Assembly: GCF_009914755.1 (NCBI RefSeq)
Contig: NC_060933.1
Length of the DNA stretch: 64,000 nt
Strand: one strand, 5' to 3'
Source of the DNA: the human T2T-CHM13v2.0 reference genome, Homo sapiens
The notes under the pieces were generated by a model. That model was given only the letters and a program-made list of their open reading frames with translations, made no database searches and was not told where the DNA came from. A program made the translations under genes and the position numbers. Shown piece by piece: positions 49,456 through 63,393 of this stretch; position 1 is the first letter of the stretch, and each line of letters opens with the position of its first letter.

Positions 49456-50698
49456 TTATTTTCTTTTAATATGTGGTCTCCCTATGCAAAGGATTTGATT
49501 TTATAAACAGAAGCAATAGGATTAAGAGGATAAAGGAAAAATAGGAGAAGGGGAAATATGAGTATCATGATAAGGTAAAAATGAATTGCTTGTATTCTAA
49601 CATAGAATAGCTACTACCTGTTGAGTGTTTATTATATATTAGACATTTAAGACTAATCAAAATATCTAATCTAATGAAATAATCACTGTTTTGAATTTGT
49701 TTAGATTTAGTAGATGTAGAAACTGAGACTTAGAGAGGTTTATTTACTCAACTCCACACTGCTAATTACTGGTGAAAGTAGAATTTTACTCCTCTGGTTT
49801 TCTCATCCAGCACATCATCACTATAACCCTTATAGTTTGCTTTTGGCACAAGTATTCATTATTAATGGAAATGCATAGTATTATCTCAGCAAATGTACAA
49901 ATAGTTTAGCTTCACTAAACTAGTCAATTTTTTTTTTCTAAACATCAATGCTTAGGAAGCAAAACAGGCTGGGGGAACAGTAGTTGTACTGGTGGCAGCT
50001 GTGGTGCTGATGGAGGAAGTGGTGGAATGCATAGGCTGCTCATGCTTTTTGCCACAATGAAGGTCAAAAAGTAGATCACTTAAAGTCTAAAGTTAACCTT
50101 GGGGGTCATATTCTTCACCAAAAACTATGTTTATACATATAGACTTAGCAGTATGCTATAAAAGTGAAGATATAGCACTATAAAATTCCACCATAAAGTA
50201 AATTGTTCAAGATTGTGGTCCAAGCTCTTCAAAATGCTCATAAATCAGAAGGTGTATTTATTAAACAATATTTTATATGTACCTATAATAATACAATACT
50301 ATACTACACAAATTGGACCTAAAATGAATTCTCTTGCTATATTAAATATTAAACATTAAATAGGCAGAAATTTTGTTTGCACTGGACTTAGAATATAAGA
50401 AGAAAATTTGGGACAACCTGAATAGTTGAGGTCTCTTGAGAAACCCTTCAGCTTCTTTTCCTCCAAATAAATTTCTCTGTAGCAAATGGAAGCCATCCAA
50501 ATGATTCCCTAGCTACCTCAAAGTACTGTAATTTGTCTACTTCACAAAGTGGAGGACTATATCTAGCAATAATTCAAGAAAAATGCAGTGACTCCCATTA
50601 TATCTTAGGCACTATGCTAGGAAGTTTATGCATATCATTTTGTTTGATTTTAATAGCAACTTCATGAAATAAATCATCATAATAAATCACTATTTCAG

Positions 50699-50831
50699 AT
50701 ATTGAGAAACCACAGAAAGAGAGAAGTTAAATAATTTTCCTGTCAAAGACCACATCAATGATGAAGCCAGAATTTGAGCTCATGTACTTAACCACTGGAC
50801 TACCTGCCTGCCCTGTCGAGGAACAGCTAAG
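50699..50831 (+). ncRNA. CDKN2B-AS1: ANRIL exon 4 (133 nt), largely MIR-derived
   Basis: tatttcag|ATATTGAGAAACC...GGAACAGCTAAG|gttgtc. Confidence 0.8.
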
Positions 50832-51132
50832 GTTGTCATAGAGTCTTGACTGTGTATAGATAGTTGTTTGAAGAGAGAAAAAAGGCAGGAGGATCTGGGG
50901 CATATGTTTAAATCAGGCATTGGCATCTGTACTAGAATTGAAAGGTGGAACTATTATTGTGTTCTATTTATTGAGTATAGGTATACCATATTCAATGTAT
51001 TTCTCTGCTTCATACACTATCCAAGGTGATAAAAGTGTTTATGAAGAGGGATTAGGAAATATCTGCTGTGTTTAGGTCATAGTCCAACCAAAGGATTAAT
51101 TAACATTTGCCTCTTTTTTCTCCTACATCCAG

Positions 51133-51282
51133 TGTCCCTTTTGATGAGAAGAATAAGCCTCATTCTGATTCAACAGCAGAGATCAAAGAAAAGACTTCTG
51201 TTTTCTGGCCACCAGATATATGTTATCTGTGCTTAAAGAATTGAAAAACACACATCAAAGGAGAATTTTCTTGGAAAGAGAG
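51133..51282 (+). ncRNA. CDKN2B-AS1: ANRIL exon 5 (150 nt)
   Basis: ctcttttttctcctacatccag|TGTCCCTTTTG...GGAAAGAGAG|gtaatg. Confidence 0.9.
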
Positions 51283-52160
51283 GTAATGAGATACAGTGAA
51301 AGAGAATGGAGATTCTTTAAATCACAGAGACCTAGGATCAAATCCTGTGATTAGCACTTTTTAGTAATGTAGCCTACTTCATTTCTTTGAGCCCTCGTTT
51401 ATTTTTCTGAAAATGAGGGTGATCTAAATTACGTCTGGAGTAGTAATAAAGATTAAATCCATGTGATACAGGTAAACTCATGACAATAATAGACATGAAA
51501 CAAATAGTCTTTCATCTCCCTCCTTTGCTCAAGCATTGCTCTGCTCTTCTCACCTCCTTTCCCTTCCTTTTTCTTTTCTCCTCTTTATTTTGTCTGTACC
51601 CAATAGCTTTTCCCAAGCCTTAAAACTATGTATAGGTATATTGTTGCAGCAAAATGCATAAAGGAGACACTCATTATTTGCATCCATTTATATGCTGATA
51701 TAAATATTTCATCCTCACAAGTTTCAGAGGGAAAGACCACATGCTGGTGATTTGGTGAGAAAGAAGCAACTATTTCTGTGATTTAATTTCAACCTGAGCA
51801 TTAAAGAGGCACCCTTTCACTACTAGTGGTAACTCCATGCTTCCAAGAACTAATGAGCTGAAGAACTTAGCACTTGTGATGAATTAGTCAAGCAAAAATT
51901 ATGAAGCGAGTAATCTATAACATTATAGTACATTACAAATGCTGAAATATATTAGTTATTATTTATTATGATTCTTATAGCTCATTTATACTGTACAAAA
52001 TTCTTCTGTCATTTTATGAAGATGTTACACATATACATAACAAAACTTAGCTAATTAGATACAAAGACTATAGAACCAAATAACTCTTTTCTAAATATTT
52101 TCCCTTTAAGGAGGTTTTGCAATCCAGCTTTGCTGTGGTTAGACACTGTTGATGAGAAAA

Positions 52161-52474
52161 CTTTTTTTTTCTTTCTTTTTTTTTTTTAGACAGGGAATCA
52201 TTCTGTTGCCCAGGCTGTAATGCAGTGGCACAATCATGGTTCATTGCAGCCTCAACCTCTTGGGCTATAGTCGTCCTCCTGCCTCAGTCTTCTGAGTAGC
52301 TGGGACTATTTGATGTGCACTCCCATGCGCGGCTAATTTTTGTATTTTTTTTTTTGTAGAGATGGGTTTTCAACATGTTGCCTAGGCTGGTCTCGAGCTC
52401 CTAGGCTCAAGGTATCCACCTGCCTCAGCCTCTCAAAGTGCTGGGATTACAGGCGTGAGTCAGTGCGCCTGACC
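52161..52474 (-). mobile_element. AluJ-like, antisense, in ANRIL intron 5
   Basis: T-tail, both arms, gatgagaaaa on both flanks. Confidence 0.9.
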
Positions 52475-53485
52475 TGGATGAGAAAATATTGAGTTGGAAA
52501 CCCAAAATATGACATAAATAATTGGTATATTTTAGAGCTGGATTTCAACAACTTTTCAACACTGTCATCCTGTAAATGTCTTTCCGTCCTAATCCCATTG
52601 CCCATGCACTCAGCAGAAGTGTGTGCCTCTAAGGTGGATGCTGGTATGAAATATCTCAGCTGGGGCAGGCTCTGAAAGGGAGAGATCTGGTTAAAGTGCT
52701 CATACCAAACAAAGCTCCTCATGATGCTGGCCTAACTCTCCCAATCCTGCATTTCTCAACAAAACTTTTTGTTCTTCTCTTTCACATAACTCCCATGGAA
52801 TAATTTCCATTGAATTGCATGGAAGAGGCTGTTCATGGGGTTAGTCTGGCAGATAAGAGGTCTCCACTGGATTTTTTCATTTTGCAATCAGTTTCATACA
52901 TATACGTACATACTTTTCTTGGAGTCATAGTTCATTCTCAGGTCTTTTAGAGTTAAATATCTTTCATTTCTTCTTTTAAGGTCTTAATTTCTTGTTTTTC
53001 GAGTTTCATGGGAGATATCCAGTCACCAATCCAATCCATATCGGGGAAAAGTACAACAAATGAATGAAATTTGTAACCAACCTTGGATGATGGAATAAGA
53101 CATTTGGGAGAACACAGGAGAAGTGGGGAGGTTAAGGAGGGATAGCTCTGTGAAAATTTTGCATTACTCTTGCCTGAGGTCTACTCTTCCTTGTCATGTT
53201 GGTGGCTGTTTTGACAATGAGAAATATTTAATGGCAAACCTAGTCTTCTAATTTGAAAATGGAAATCATAACAGTTCTTGCCTCTTAGGGATAGTGTGAG
53301 ACAAGTGAAATAATCCATGTAAGAGGTATAGTACTATGCTTGCCATTCTTTAAGAGCTCAACAAATATTCACTTTTTACCTATTAGTATCAATCTTAATT
53401 CTAAAATTCTATTATTTAATATTTTCCAGTGGTGTTTCTAAATAATATCTAATGACTAGGCTAATACACTATGTGGTTCTTCTAG

Positions 53486-53608
53486 GGTTCAAGCATCACT
53501 GTTAGGTGTGGTGGAATCCTTTCCCGAGTCAGTACTGCTTTCTAGAAGAAAACCGGGGAGATCTATTTGGAATGTATCTAACTCCAAAGAAACCATCAGA
53601 GGTAACAG
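53486..53608 (+). ncRNA. CDKN2B-AS1: ANRIL exon 6 (123 nt)
   Basis: ttcttctag|GGTTCAAGCATC...GAGGTAACAG|gtagga. Confidence 0.88.
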
Positions 53609-56600
53609 GTAGGAGATATGAAACGACCTTTTAGATATGAACCCTAATTGAATAAAAGTTGCCAAACAACTGTTCCCAAACATCTAAAGAAGAGTTTTAG
53701 TCTAAGTGGAATGGCTGGAGAGTATGGGAAGAGTTCTTTCCTACTCTGTCCAAACACAAGCCTCTGTGACATTTATCAAAGAAATGCAGCCCTTTAAATC
53801 TGGGTATAAGTCCGAAAGGTGCTTTCCTTGTGAAGCTTCTTTTGTCCTCTGCTTTTAGGACTCTTTCTGCACACTGCATCCTCTATGTCACCCTCCAGTA
53901 CATCTGCTCTTACACAAGGGGCCCCACAGGGACTGGCTCACACACCAGCCAGGGCACATGGGCCAACTTTTAACAGCAAAAGGAAATGCTAAATCCTAGA
54001 GTAGGGCAGATGAGAAAAATGGCATTCTTCAGAGAGCTAGGATGACTCACATTAAGATCAAGGGCCCTGAAGTAAGACAGACCTGAGTCTGAATCTCAAT
54101 TCCAACAATAAATTTGTTTATACACTTAAGGCATCATGTATAGTATTGTTAAATAGATACTTTACAAGATTGTAACTAAGAGGAAGCAAAATAATATCTG
54201 TAAAGCGTTTCATAGATTGGCCAGCATATAGTAAACATTTAATAATTAGTAGCTATTATTATTTTTCCTTAAATTTTTTTTTCTGGCTTCCTAGCAATCA
54301 TAAAATTTAGTCTTGTATAGACTCCATGGCTAGGACTTGCAGAATTAAAAATGGTCTGAACAATTTAGACATTGCCTTTTTGTCCTCAAACCAAGGGGTG
54401 AATTTTTATTCTAAAATATCCAGATTGTCCATATCACTTAACCAGTTGATTGCTAAGTCTGTATTTCTCTTTTATGCAATTGGGAAACATTAAAAAGTTG
54501 AATGTATATACTGTACACATACATGCACACACATAGACTTAAGTACATAAATGTGTATGTACCTTCCATAGCACTTAGCTCATCTGTTCTTTCCTATGAC
54601 CTTTTCTATAATCCTGTGAAGTAGGTTTTATATTATCCTATTTTATGATTAAAGGAGAAGGGAAGACAGAAAAGCAGCCTGGCTTGGCCAGAGGCCTTGC
54701 AATTGATTACGTATAGAGCCAGGGAGTCCTGACCCCTTTTCAGTTTTTCTTCCTCTGTACTGCTGTGATGACTGTGGAAGTGAAGTACTTCTTTGGCTGC
54801 CAAGGAAGTCCCAGCTGAAAGGTAACCAAAGGAAAGGAGTATTTGGGAGCAGCATGGCTGAAATCCAGTTAACAGTTAAAATCCCGTTGGGCAATTTCTC
54901 GTTAATTGACAACAGGAATTGCTGTCACTGTCCTGTCTAGCCACTTTCAAACGGTGGGGATGTTAGCAAGAGCTCCCAGTGAATGCTTCCTAGGGGAGCA
55001 GTGATTGCTTTGGCTAGCTTCTTCTGTAGCAGTTTTCTGGCGGTGAAAAGTCTGTACTAAGACAATTGGAGGTGGTAATCATTTTCTAATAACCACCTCA
55101 GGCTTTTGGCACCTAATTCGCTGGCACTGTCTAGGGAAGCTCCTTATGCTAACTCATGCTTCTTGCCATGTCAATCTGCTTATCTAATTTTGCTGGGAAA
55201 TCTGATATCACCCTTCAAATAGTTCACCTCAGTGGGATCCAGTGTGTGACCTGCAAAGTGCTCAAGGAAGAGTCTGATCGGCTCTGACAAGCAAACAGCA
55301 GAAAGAAGTTTTGAAAAAACGGCTACCGTTTTTGCAGCTTTTTCACTGTGGTTCCATGGTGTTTGAAATCAGAATGTAATATTGAGTTAATGACACAAGG
55401 AAACACTTGGATGTTCATATTGTCTACTTGGTTTTCATGAACCTCACATGGACTGGCTTCATCCTGTTTCAGAGTCCATTCAACTGTAATTTCCACTCTA
55501 CTTCCTGTGCAGGCCTTCCTCTGGTTTGTGGGCTGTACATTTCAGCCTGCTCCTTTAAGGGGCCCCCTGAGCTGAAAATGAAAGAGACATTTTGTTGCTT
55601 CTGCTACCTGCTTATCGTCCAATCCCAATCTCAGATTTTCTTTTTCTATTTTTTAAACCCGAGTAGCACTTTTCCAACTAGTGTGTAGTTTTTCTTTCAA
55701 TTCTCTGCTCTTCACAGTAATTAAACAAGAGCTAGCCTCCTTTTCCAAATCTTGTTTTTGTAATACCTTTATTCCCAAAGAGTTATGCTTATAAGAGTAA
55801 CATAAATGTGTTAAACTTGGTATTGATTTGATGATTTCATAAACCCCAGACTCCTTGAAATTCTGCAGGTTTTTGTGAAAGGACTTGCTTAAAATCTTTG
55901 CTAATCTACCTGAATTTTCTTCCAAAGGCAGTTATATACAATGTTTCTTAAAACTAATTCTCCAAATTTGCAATTTGGCAGCATCCTACTGGGACTCTAG
56001 AAGGCTGATAAATCATGGAGAGTAGGTATTCATATAGGAACTATGAAAGCTCTATGTAGTAAACACTACTTAAGAAGGCCTTACATTTCATAAAAAGTTG
56101 GAGATTTTTGTGGAGACTCATAAAATGCATCCTTTATATCAGTGAAGTTTTTGCTTCTAGGTATATTATACTCACATCGAAACACTCCAGGGATTTTGTT
56201 TTCAGCCTGCATATACCACGTATATTTATTATCTGGATAGATAAATTAGACGTATACATTTAAAGGAGTTTGCATCAGCTGCTGCTAGGAAGTTTTTCTT
56301 GTGTTAGTTAAGATCCTGTGAAACAACCCTTGACATTTCACTAGCTGCACAGTTTGTAATAAAATCCATTTTAGCCTGAGGTTAAATCATGACTGTGGTC
56401 CTCACATCATGGTGGGGGATCCTGGTGGCCAGATTAAAGGAAACTCCACATTCTCATTTCTGACTTCCCTACAACCTTGTATTAAGACCTTAATTGAAAA
56501 ACTTATTGCCTCTCTCACCAAAATATTTCAAATTTTAATAGTTTCCCCCAATGAAATTACAAGTACTATTTTACTTTTTTCAGTGCCCTTGGAATTTCGA

Positions 56601-58299
56601 GGCTGGATGGGGGGCTTCAATGTCTGACTCATTAAGTGTTCTATATACAAAGCCCTACATGGTCCCTAGAGCATAGCAGGCATTCAGTGAATGAAATGAA
56701 TGAATGAAAAGCTAGAGTCACATTTTAGTGACCTAACTGTATATTTTCAGAGTAATGTAGTGCTTAAAAAAGGACAATGATAACACGTTTCTACAAAGAG
56801 ATGCATGACAGATAACACTTCTCAAGAAGAAGGAATTTAGCTTCTGTCATTTGATCTAGGTTTTCAATTACAGAAGCATTGAGAATTTCCTGTGGCTGGA
56901 TAAGGGCGAATCTTTAAGGCAAGTTGAAGACCCAGGCTGCCCATGTGGACATCAATACTCCCACAGAGCACTCTTCATGAAGAAAAGTGTGGGCTTGCTG
57001 TCTTTTCATCAAAACTCGTAGAATTTGGCTGACTGCCTGGTTTATCCCAGGACATTAGTCAGCCCACAAATCCCGCATTTGTTTATTCAGTCCAGAGCAA
57101 GTGAATACTGCCATTCTCTCATCTCCTTTGTTGGCAACACTTTGTTAACCTGAATTGGGTTCTCAACATAAAATGAAGTGACTAATCTTTTCGGGGGTTC
57201 CCCCTCCCAGGTTCTTGTATGAGCAACTAAATCTACACACCACAAAGCCCCATGCTGTCATTTTTTCTCATCCTGCCCCTTTATTTTGATGATTCCACAT
57301 TGTAGTTCATGAAACCAATACCTTCTAGAGTGTGGCTGAACTGGCGCCAGCATTAAGAAAAGGAGTTTCCAAACTTTTTAGTTTTGTGAGAAAATGTTAG
57401 AGGAAGAGGGAGGTTAGGTTGACTATTTATACTTATGTAATCTTCTGTGAATTTGCAGTAGTTATCACCTTGTACTCTCAAAAGTTTTCTAGCTCTGAGT
57501 ATGTGAATCTGAAAGTGCAGGAAGTAGGAATCTTAGCACAAAACAACCAGTTTGGATTATCACACAATTAATATGGGACGGAGCTGGAGGATGGACCTGA
57601 ACAGAATGTATATTCTTTATCACTAGGTTATTTATCTATCTACAGATGTCTAGAAAGACCTGGGCTTTTTTAGCAAACGTTTGAGAATCTAGGTTTCTAA
57701 GTTTCCATTGACCATGAAAGAGTGATTAGTTTTAGAAGACAGTTGGGGGCAACATTGTGCAAGTCAGAAGAGGGGATGAAGAAAATCATAAAGCTAAACA
57801 TGTTTGCCATAGGCCCAGGCTGTTTTTCAGCATGTTTCACCTAGCAGCTTGGCAGATAATTCCCAGTGATCATTAGGTCTGTGGAAATTCTGTTTGGTTT
57901 ATAAAGTTTTGGCCCTGACTATGTGTACCACTGATAACTTGTTTTTCTCTCTCTTCCCTTTTCCTCCAACTCGTAGCCAGAGCTACCTTCCAGATGACTT
58001 CTTTCTACCACTTTCTTTCTTCCCAGTGTAAGAGAATGCAAGTATATGCTGATGTTTGGAGCAAGAACGTTCAAAAATTTTCTTATTAACGTAACTTCTA
58101 ATGGAAATACAGTATACTACTATGGTGCATACAAAGAAGAAATAGCAACATATATTTGTTTTAGACCTGATTGCTGTATTTTATTCCTTAGGTCCTCCTT
58201 GATGTCTTGTAGACCGTCACTAGCTAATTGTTACAGCCATCGAAGGAAAAAATAAGGATTTTTACTTAGGACATACGTAACAGAAAAAGAGATGGTTTA

Positions 58300-58690
58300 G
58301 CAAAAAAGCACAGGCTTTGCAATAAGCAGCCTTAAATTAAAAAAAAAAAGTTAACTCATAACTAACTGTGTGACCTGGGATAAGTTACTGACCCTCTTTA
58401 GGGCTTAGGGTCCTAATCTGTAAAACGGAAATTATAATAATAACCTTAGCTAGCATTTCTTGTGCACATACTATAAGCTGGTGATAAACAATTTATACAC
58501 ACTATCTCATTTAATCCTCACAACAATCCTGTGAGATAGGTACTATTATCATTTCTATTTTACAGATGAAGAATCCAGACATAAGAAGTGAAGTTAAGTA
58601 ACTTTCTCAAGGTCGCACAGCTACCATATGATGGAGCTGGAATGTGAATCTCTGCAGTTTGACGCCAGAGTGCATGCTCTTAGTCACTAC
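58300..58690. mobile_element. Two adjacent MIR elements in opposite orientation
   Basis: tgtgacctgggataagttact...ctgtaaaacggaaattataat (sense) followed by tttaatcctcacaacaatcctgtgag...attttacagatgaag (antisense). Confidence 0.7.
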
Positions 58691-59046
58691 ATTTGTCTAC
58701 AAATCTAAAACACGTAAGACACATAGGAGGTGCTCAGTTAGTGGTATCTATTATTAAATCAGACTATAAATAATCACCAGGCAATACTTGAAAGGCCACA
58801 AACAATTTCTTAGGATTTGTGACAATACTAATAATTATAACTGATTATGAGCATACCTTGTGTCAGGCACTTCTTTTCATAGTATTTCAGTCATTATTTA
58901 AGAGATTTATTCTTATTTTTATTTTTCTAGTGAGAAAACTGAGGCTCAAAAAAGCCGACAAATTTGTTTAGGATTACAAAAATATCAAATGATAGGATTG
59001 AAAATCAAATCCATATCCTTTCTATGTGAAAACCTGTGTTCTTTCA

Positions 59047-59432
59047 GCTTTTTTTATTTTTATTTTTTTACTTTTTATTTATTTTTTTAAATTTTTATTT
59101 ATTTTATTTTTTTATTTTATAAGCCTTTTTATTTTTATTTATTTTACTTTATTTGTTGTTGCTGGTGTTTTTTTCTTGAGACAGAGTCTCACTCTGTCTC
59201 AGCTCACTGTAACTTCTGCCTCCCGGGTTCAAGCAATTCTCCTGCCTCTGCCTCCCAAGGAGCTGGGATTACAGGCACCTGCCACCATGCCTGGCTCACT
59301 TTTGTATTTTTAGTAGAGATGGGGTTTCACCATGTTGGCCAGGCTGGTCTCGAACTCCTGACCTCAAGTGATCTGCCTGCCTTGGCCTCCCAAAGTGCTG
59401 GGATTTACAGGCATGAGCCACCACGCCCGGCC
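59047..59432 (-). mobile_element. AluS, antisense, with an expanded T-rich tail and a small internal deletion
   Basis: ~125 nt of (TTTTA)n-like sequence, then the Alu body. Confidence 0.88.
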
Positions 59433-59489
59433 TGCCTGATTTTTAAAATTATTAAATTCATATTTGTTATTTATCAGATGCCTCTGCCA

Positions 59490-59692
59490 CTTTATTTTTT
59501 AAAAATTTATTTTTATTAAGGTATAGTTAACAAATAAAAATTCTATATATTTATTGTGTACAGTGGAATGTTTTGATATATGTATACATTGTGAAATGGT
59601 TAAATCAAACTAAGATATCTGTCATCTCATATGCATGCCATATTTTTGTGGTGAGAACATTTATGATCTACTCTCTTAGCAATTTTTAATAT
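59490..59692 (-). mobile_element. L1MA-like 3' end
   Basis: tatatgtatacattgtgaaatggttaaatc...gtggtgagaacattta..tctactctcttagcaatttt. Confidence 0.75.
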
Positions 59693-60419
59693 TCTGCTGT
59701 TTGACTTTTAAACCAAGGCTTGGATTAGGACAGTCTTTGTAGCTTAGTTTTAGGTTCAGGGATAACAAAAGTTGTTTTATCCTTTGGGCTTTTGCAACTT
59801 GCCATTTTCTTAATGAAGATCTGGGAGAAAAATTAGTTTAAGTGGTTTTTAAAATAGCCATTAGCTCAGGACATACTCAGCCAAGGCAGGATAAGTAGTT
59901 TTGCCAGCATTCTTCTGTAGGTAGGTTGGTTGTTTTTTGTTTTTTTGCCACAGTCTTTTTAAAAAATATAACTTTAAAAAAACCTTGGTTTTCTGTGATT
60001 GATCTTTTTCACTATTTTTTATAGAGGGCCAGGAATATGAGTAAATAATTCTTGGGCTTGGGTGCAGATGATCCACGTGCTGGCAGACAGAAATCTAAAG
60101 GGACAAAAGAGGCTGTCCTTTGAAGATACTTTTCCTGGCTTGGGTTTTATATTTTTGGATTTGATTTAGTGAAAATTTTTATTGAGGACCTACTGCATAC
60201 CAGACACTCGGCTACATTATGAGAGGTTTGGGGGGCCTATATTGGCATATAGGGAGGATGAATAAAGAATACAAACAATTATAGTACAAATCAGAATAAA
60301 ATTTGGCATGCAACGGGCTATCAGATAGTATGGAGGAAGAAAGCATATTTTATTAGTGGAGCTAGGAAATACGTTACAAAGTTGATAGCATTCTTGATGG
60401 GTCTTGAAGGTTACATAGA

Positions 60420-60582
60420 TTTTTTTTTCTTTTTTTTTTTTTGAGACGGAGTCTTGCAGTGTCGTCTGGGCTGGAGTGCAGTGGTGCAATCTCACCTCCC
60501 GGGTTCAAGTGACTCTCCTGCCTCAGCCTCCTGAGTAGCTCGGATTAGAGGCTCCTGCCACCACATCCAGCTAATTTATATA

Positions 60583-60615
<33 letters not shown>

Positions 60616-60747
60616 TTTTTTTTTTTTTCCAGTAGAGACGGGGTTTCACCATGTTGGCCAGACTGGTCTTGAACTCCCGACCTCGTGATTCGCCCGCCTC
60701 GGCCTCCCAAAGTGCTGGGATTACAGGTGTGAGACACCACGCCCGGC
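60420..60747 (-). mobile_element. AluS, antisense, with (TG)n(TA)nTn expansion in the linker; exonised left arm
   Basis: Both arms present. Linker microsatellite at ~60577-60628. Confidence 0.92.
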
Positions 60748-60768
60748 GGATAGAGAGAATTTTGACAG
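60633..60768 (+). ncRNA. CDKN2B-AS1: ANRIL exon 7 (136 nt), Alu-derived
   Basis: ttttttttccag|TAGAGACGGGG...AATTTTGACAG|gtgagg. Confidence 0.88.
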
Positions 60769-61804
60769 GTGAGGAGGTATTCCAATGCAAAAGAATAATA
60801 GGAGCAAAAGCACAGTGGTGAGAAATTGGAGGGGAACTGTGAAAATTGCCACATAGATTAGAGGCAGGAAAATAAAGGACAGCTAAGTTTATATAGTGAA
60901 CAGTGAGCCGCATGGACACAGGTGACTGTTTTCTCCTTTTTGAACCCCTGCTTACTCCAGAGTCACCACCTCTCCTGGCTTTCTGCCAATCTTCTTGGCC
61001 ACAGTTTCTCGGTCTTCTTTTCTGGCTTCTCTTCCTTGGCCTGAATGCTACATGTTAAGTGATGTCAGCTTCAGTTTTCTTAACCTCTCTTCTCTTAAGT
61101 TGCTATCATTTAAATATCTTTAAATATCATCTACATCCAAGTGACCTCTAAACCAGTAATTTTACCCATGACCCATCTCCTCAACTCCGGATTGTATATA
61201 AAACTGTCTACTCAACATCTTCACTTTTGATGTCTAAATCTCTATGTCCAATTTAGAATTCTTGATTCTTTGCTTTCCCTCCCTCCTGGAAATCCTGCTC
61301 TTACCAGTCTTCCCCATCTTAATTAATGAACCTGACATTCACCTAGTAGCTTAGTCCTCAAAACTAGGGATTAATCTAGATTTAGTCATTTTTCTTACTC
61401 TTGCCATATAATAACATATTATTCTGAGTTTACCTTTACCCGACCCCAAATAGGTAACTGCTGTTTTTGTTATAAGATAGTAATATTTGCCTCTGAGTGT
61501 ATGTGAATTATTTTGATAAAAATAAATATTATTTTTAAAATATTAATTTTACAGGGATTGTCTCTTGATTTCTTTCCAAAAGTTAACTCATAAGTTGTTC
61601 AGCAGAGCTATGTATTCTTCAGTATGTTATAATTTCGTTCCATCTTCCAAAAGGCCTTCACATTCTCTTGGCTTACAGACTCAGATGCTATGGATTAGAT
61701 ACACAAGTACATGTTCCTGTATATCTATTATATAGTGAACATAACAATTATGATTGTGATCTTCCAAAGCTCGTATTTTTAATCAAAATTAATTAAATAT
61801 TTTA

Positions 61805-62200
<396 letters not shown>

Positions 62201-62214
62201 GCAACCCAGTGATA

Positions 62215-62514
<300 letters not shown>

Positions 62515-62662
62515 AACCCAGTGAAAACCAGTATTGAAAATAGATTGCCTCTCCCTTGCTTCATGGTCTGTTCTTACGTAATTTTCAAGATAAGTTCATT
62601 TTGGCGGGTACTGACAAATTTCCATTTATTTACTTTTTTCCCTTACATTCATTTCTTCTCAG

Positions 62663-63358
62663 TCTCTCCAATGAACGCCTTCACTGATATCCAAAGCATG
62701 AAGGACACACCAGGGAAAAACATAGACCTAACACAGGACAAATGGAATTATTAGAAACATTTTCTAGCAGAAGAACACTATTCTGTTGCCATTTGAATCT
62801 TTGCTTCTTTCTAGGTTTGACAATGAGCCTATCATATAAGCCCAAATGTAAACAGAAAGAGGTTGAATCAGTCACGATAAGCCCAATTATGCTGTGGTAA
62901 CAAACAACCTCAAAATCTCATTGGCTTAAAATATACAGAATTATTCTTACTCATGGCACATATCCATCTATCATCTGCAGGGGATCTGCTCACTGAAGTC
63001 ACTTAGGAACTTGGACTGATGGAACGGCCACTTTTTGGTCACTATATGTATTAATCTGTTTTAATCCTGCTGATAAAGACCCAAAATTGGGAACAAAAAG
63101 AAGTTTAACTAGACTTACAGTTCCGCATGGCTGAGGAGGCCTCAGAATCATGGTGGGAGGCGAAAGGCACTTCTTACATGGTGGCAGCAAGAGAAAAATG
63201 AGGAAGAAGCAAAAGCGGAAACCTCTGATAAACCCATCAGATCTTATGAGACTTATTCCACTATCAAGAGAATAGCATGGGAAAGACTGGCTCCCATAAT
63301 TTACCTCCCTCTGGGTCCCTCCCTCAACATGTGGGAATTCTGGGAGAAACAATTCAAG
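62663..63358 (+). ncRNA. CDKN2B-AS1: ANRIL exon 8 (696 nt), mostly MaLR LTR-derived
   Basis: atttcttctcag|TCTCTCCAATGAACGCC...CAATTCAAG|gtgaga. Confidence 0.85.
62860..63046 (-). mobile_element. Old MLT1 LTR fragment
   Basis: ttatgctgtggtaacaaacaacctcaaaatctcattggcttaaaa. Confidence 0.6.
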
Positions 63359-63393
63359 GTGAGATTTGGTGGGGATGCAGCCAAACCACGTAA
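63047..63393 (-). mobile_element. THE1 (THE1A-like) MaLR LTR
   Basis: tgtattaatctgtttt...ggcacttcttacatgg...gaggaagaagcaaaagcggaaacc...gccaaacc. Confidence 0.85.

Noticed and set aside
37800-56700. Scattered AP-1 (TGASTCA) sites and a repeat-poor stretch near 54800-55400 as possible enhancers
   Set aside because: The number of sites is about what chance predicts, and enhancer activity cannot be supported from sequence alone.
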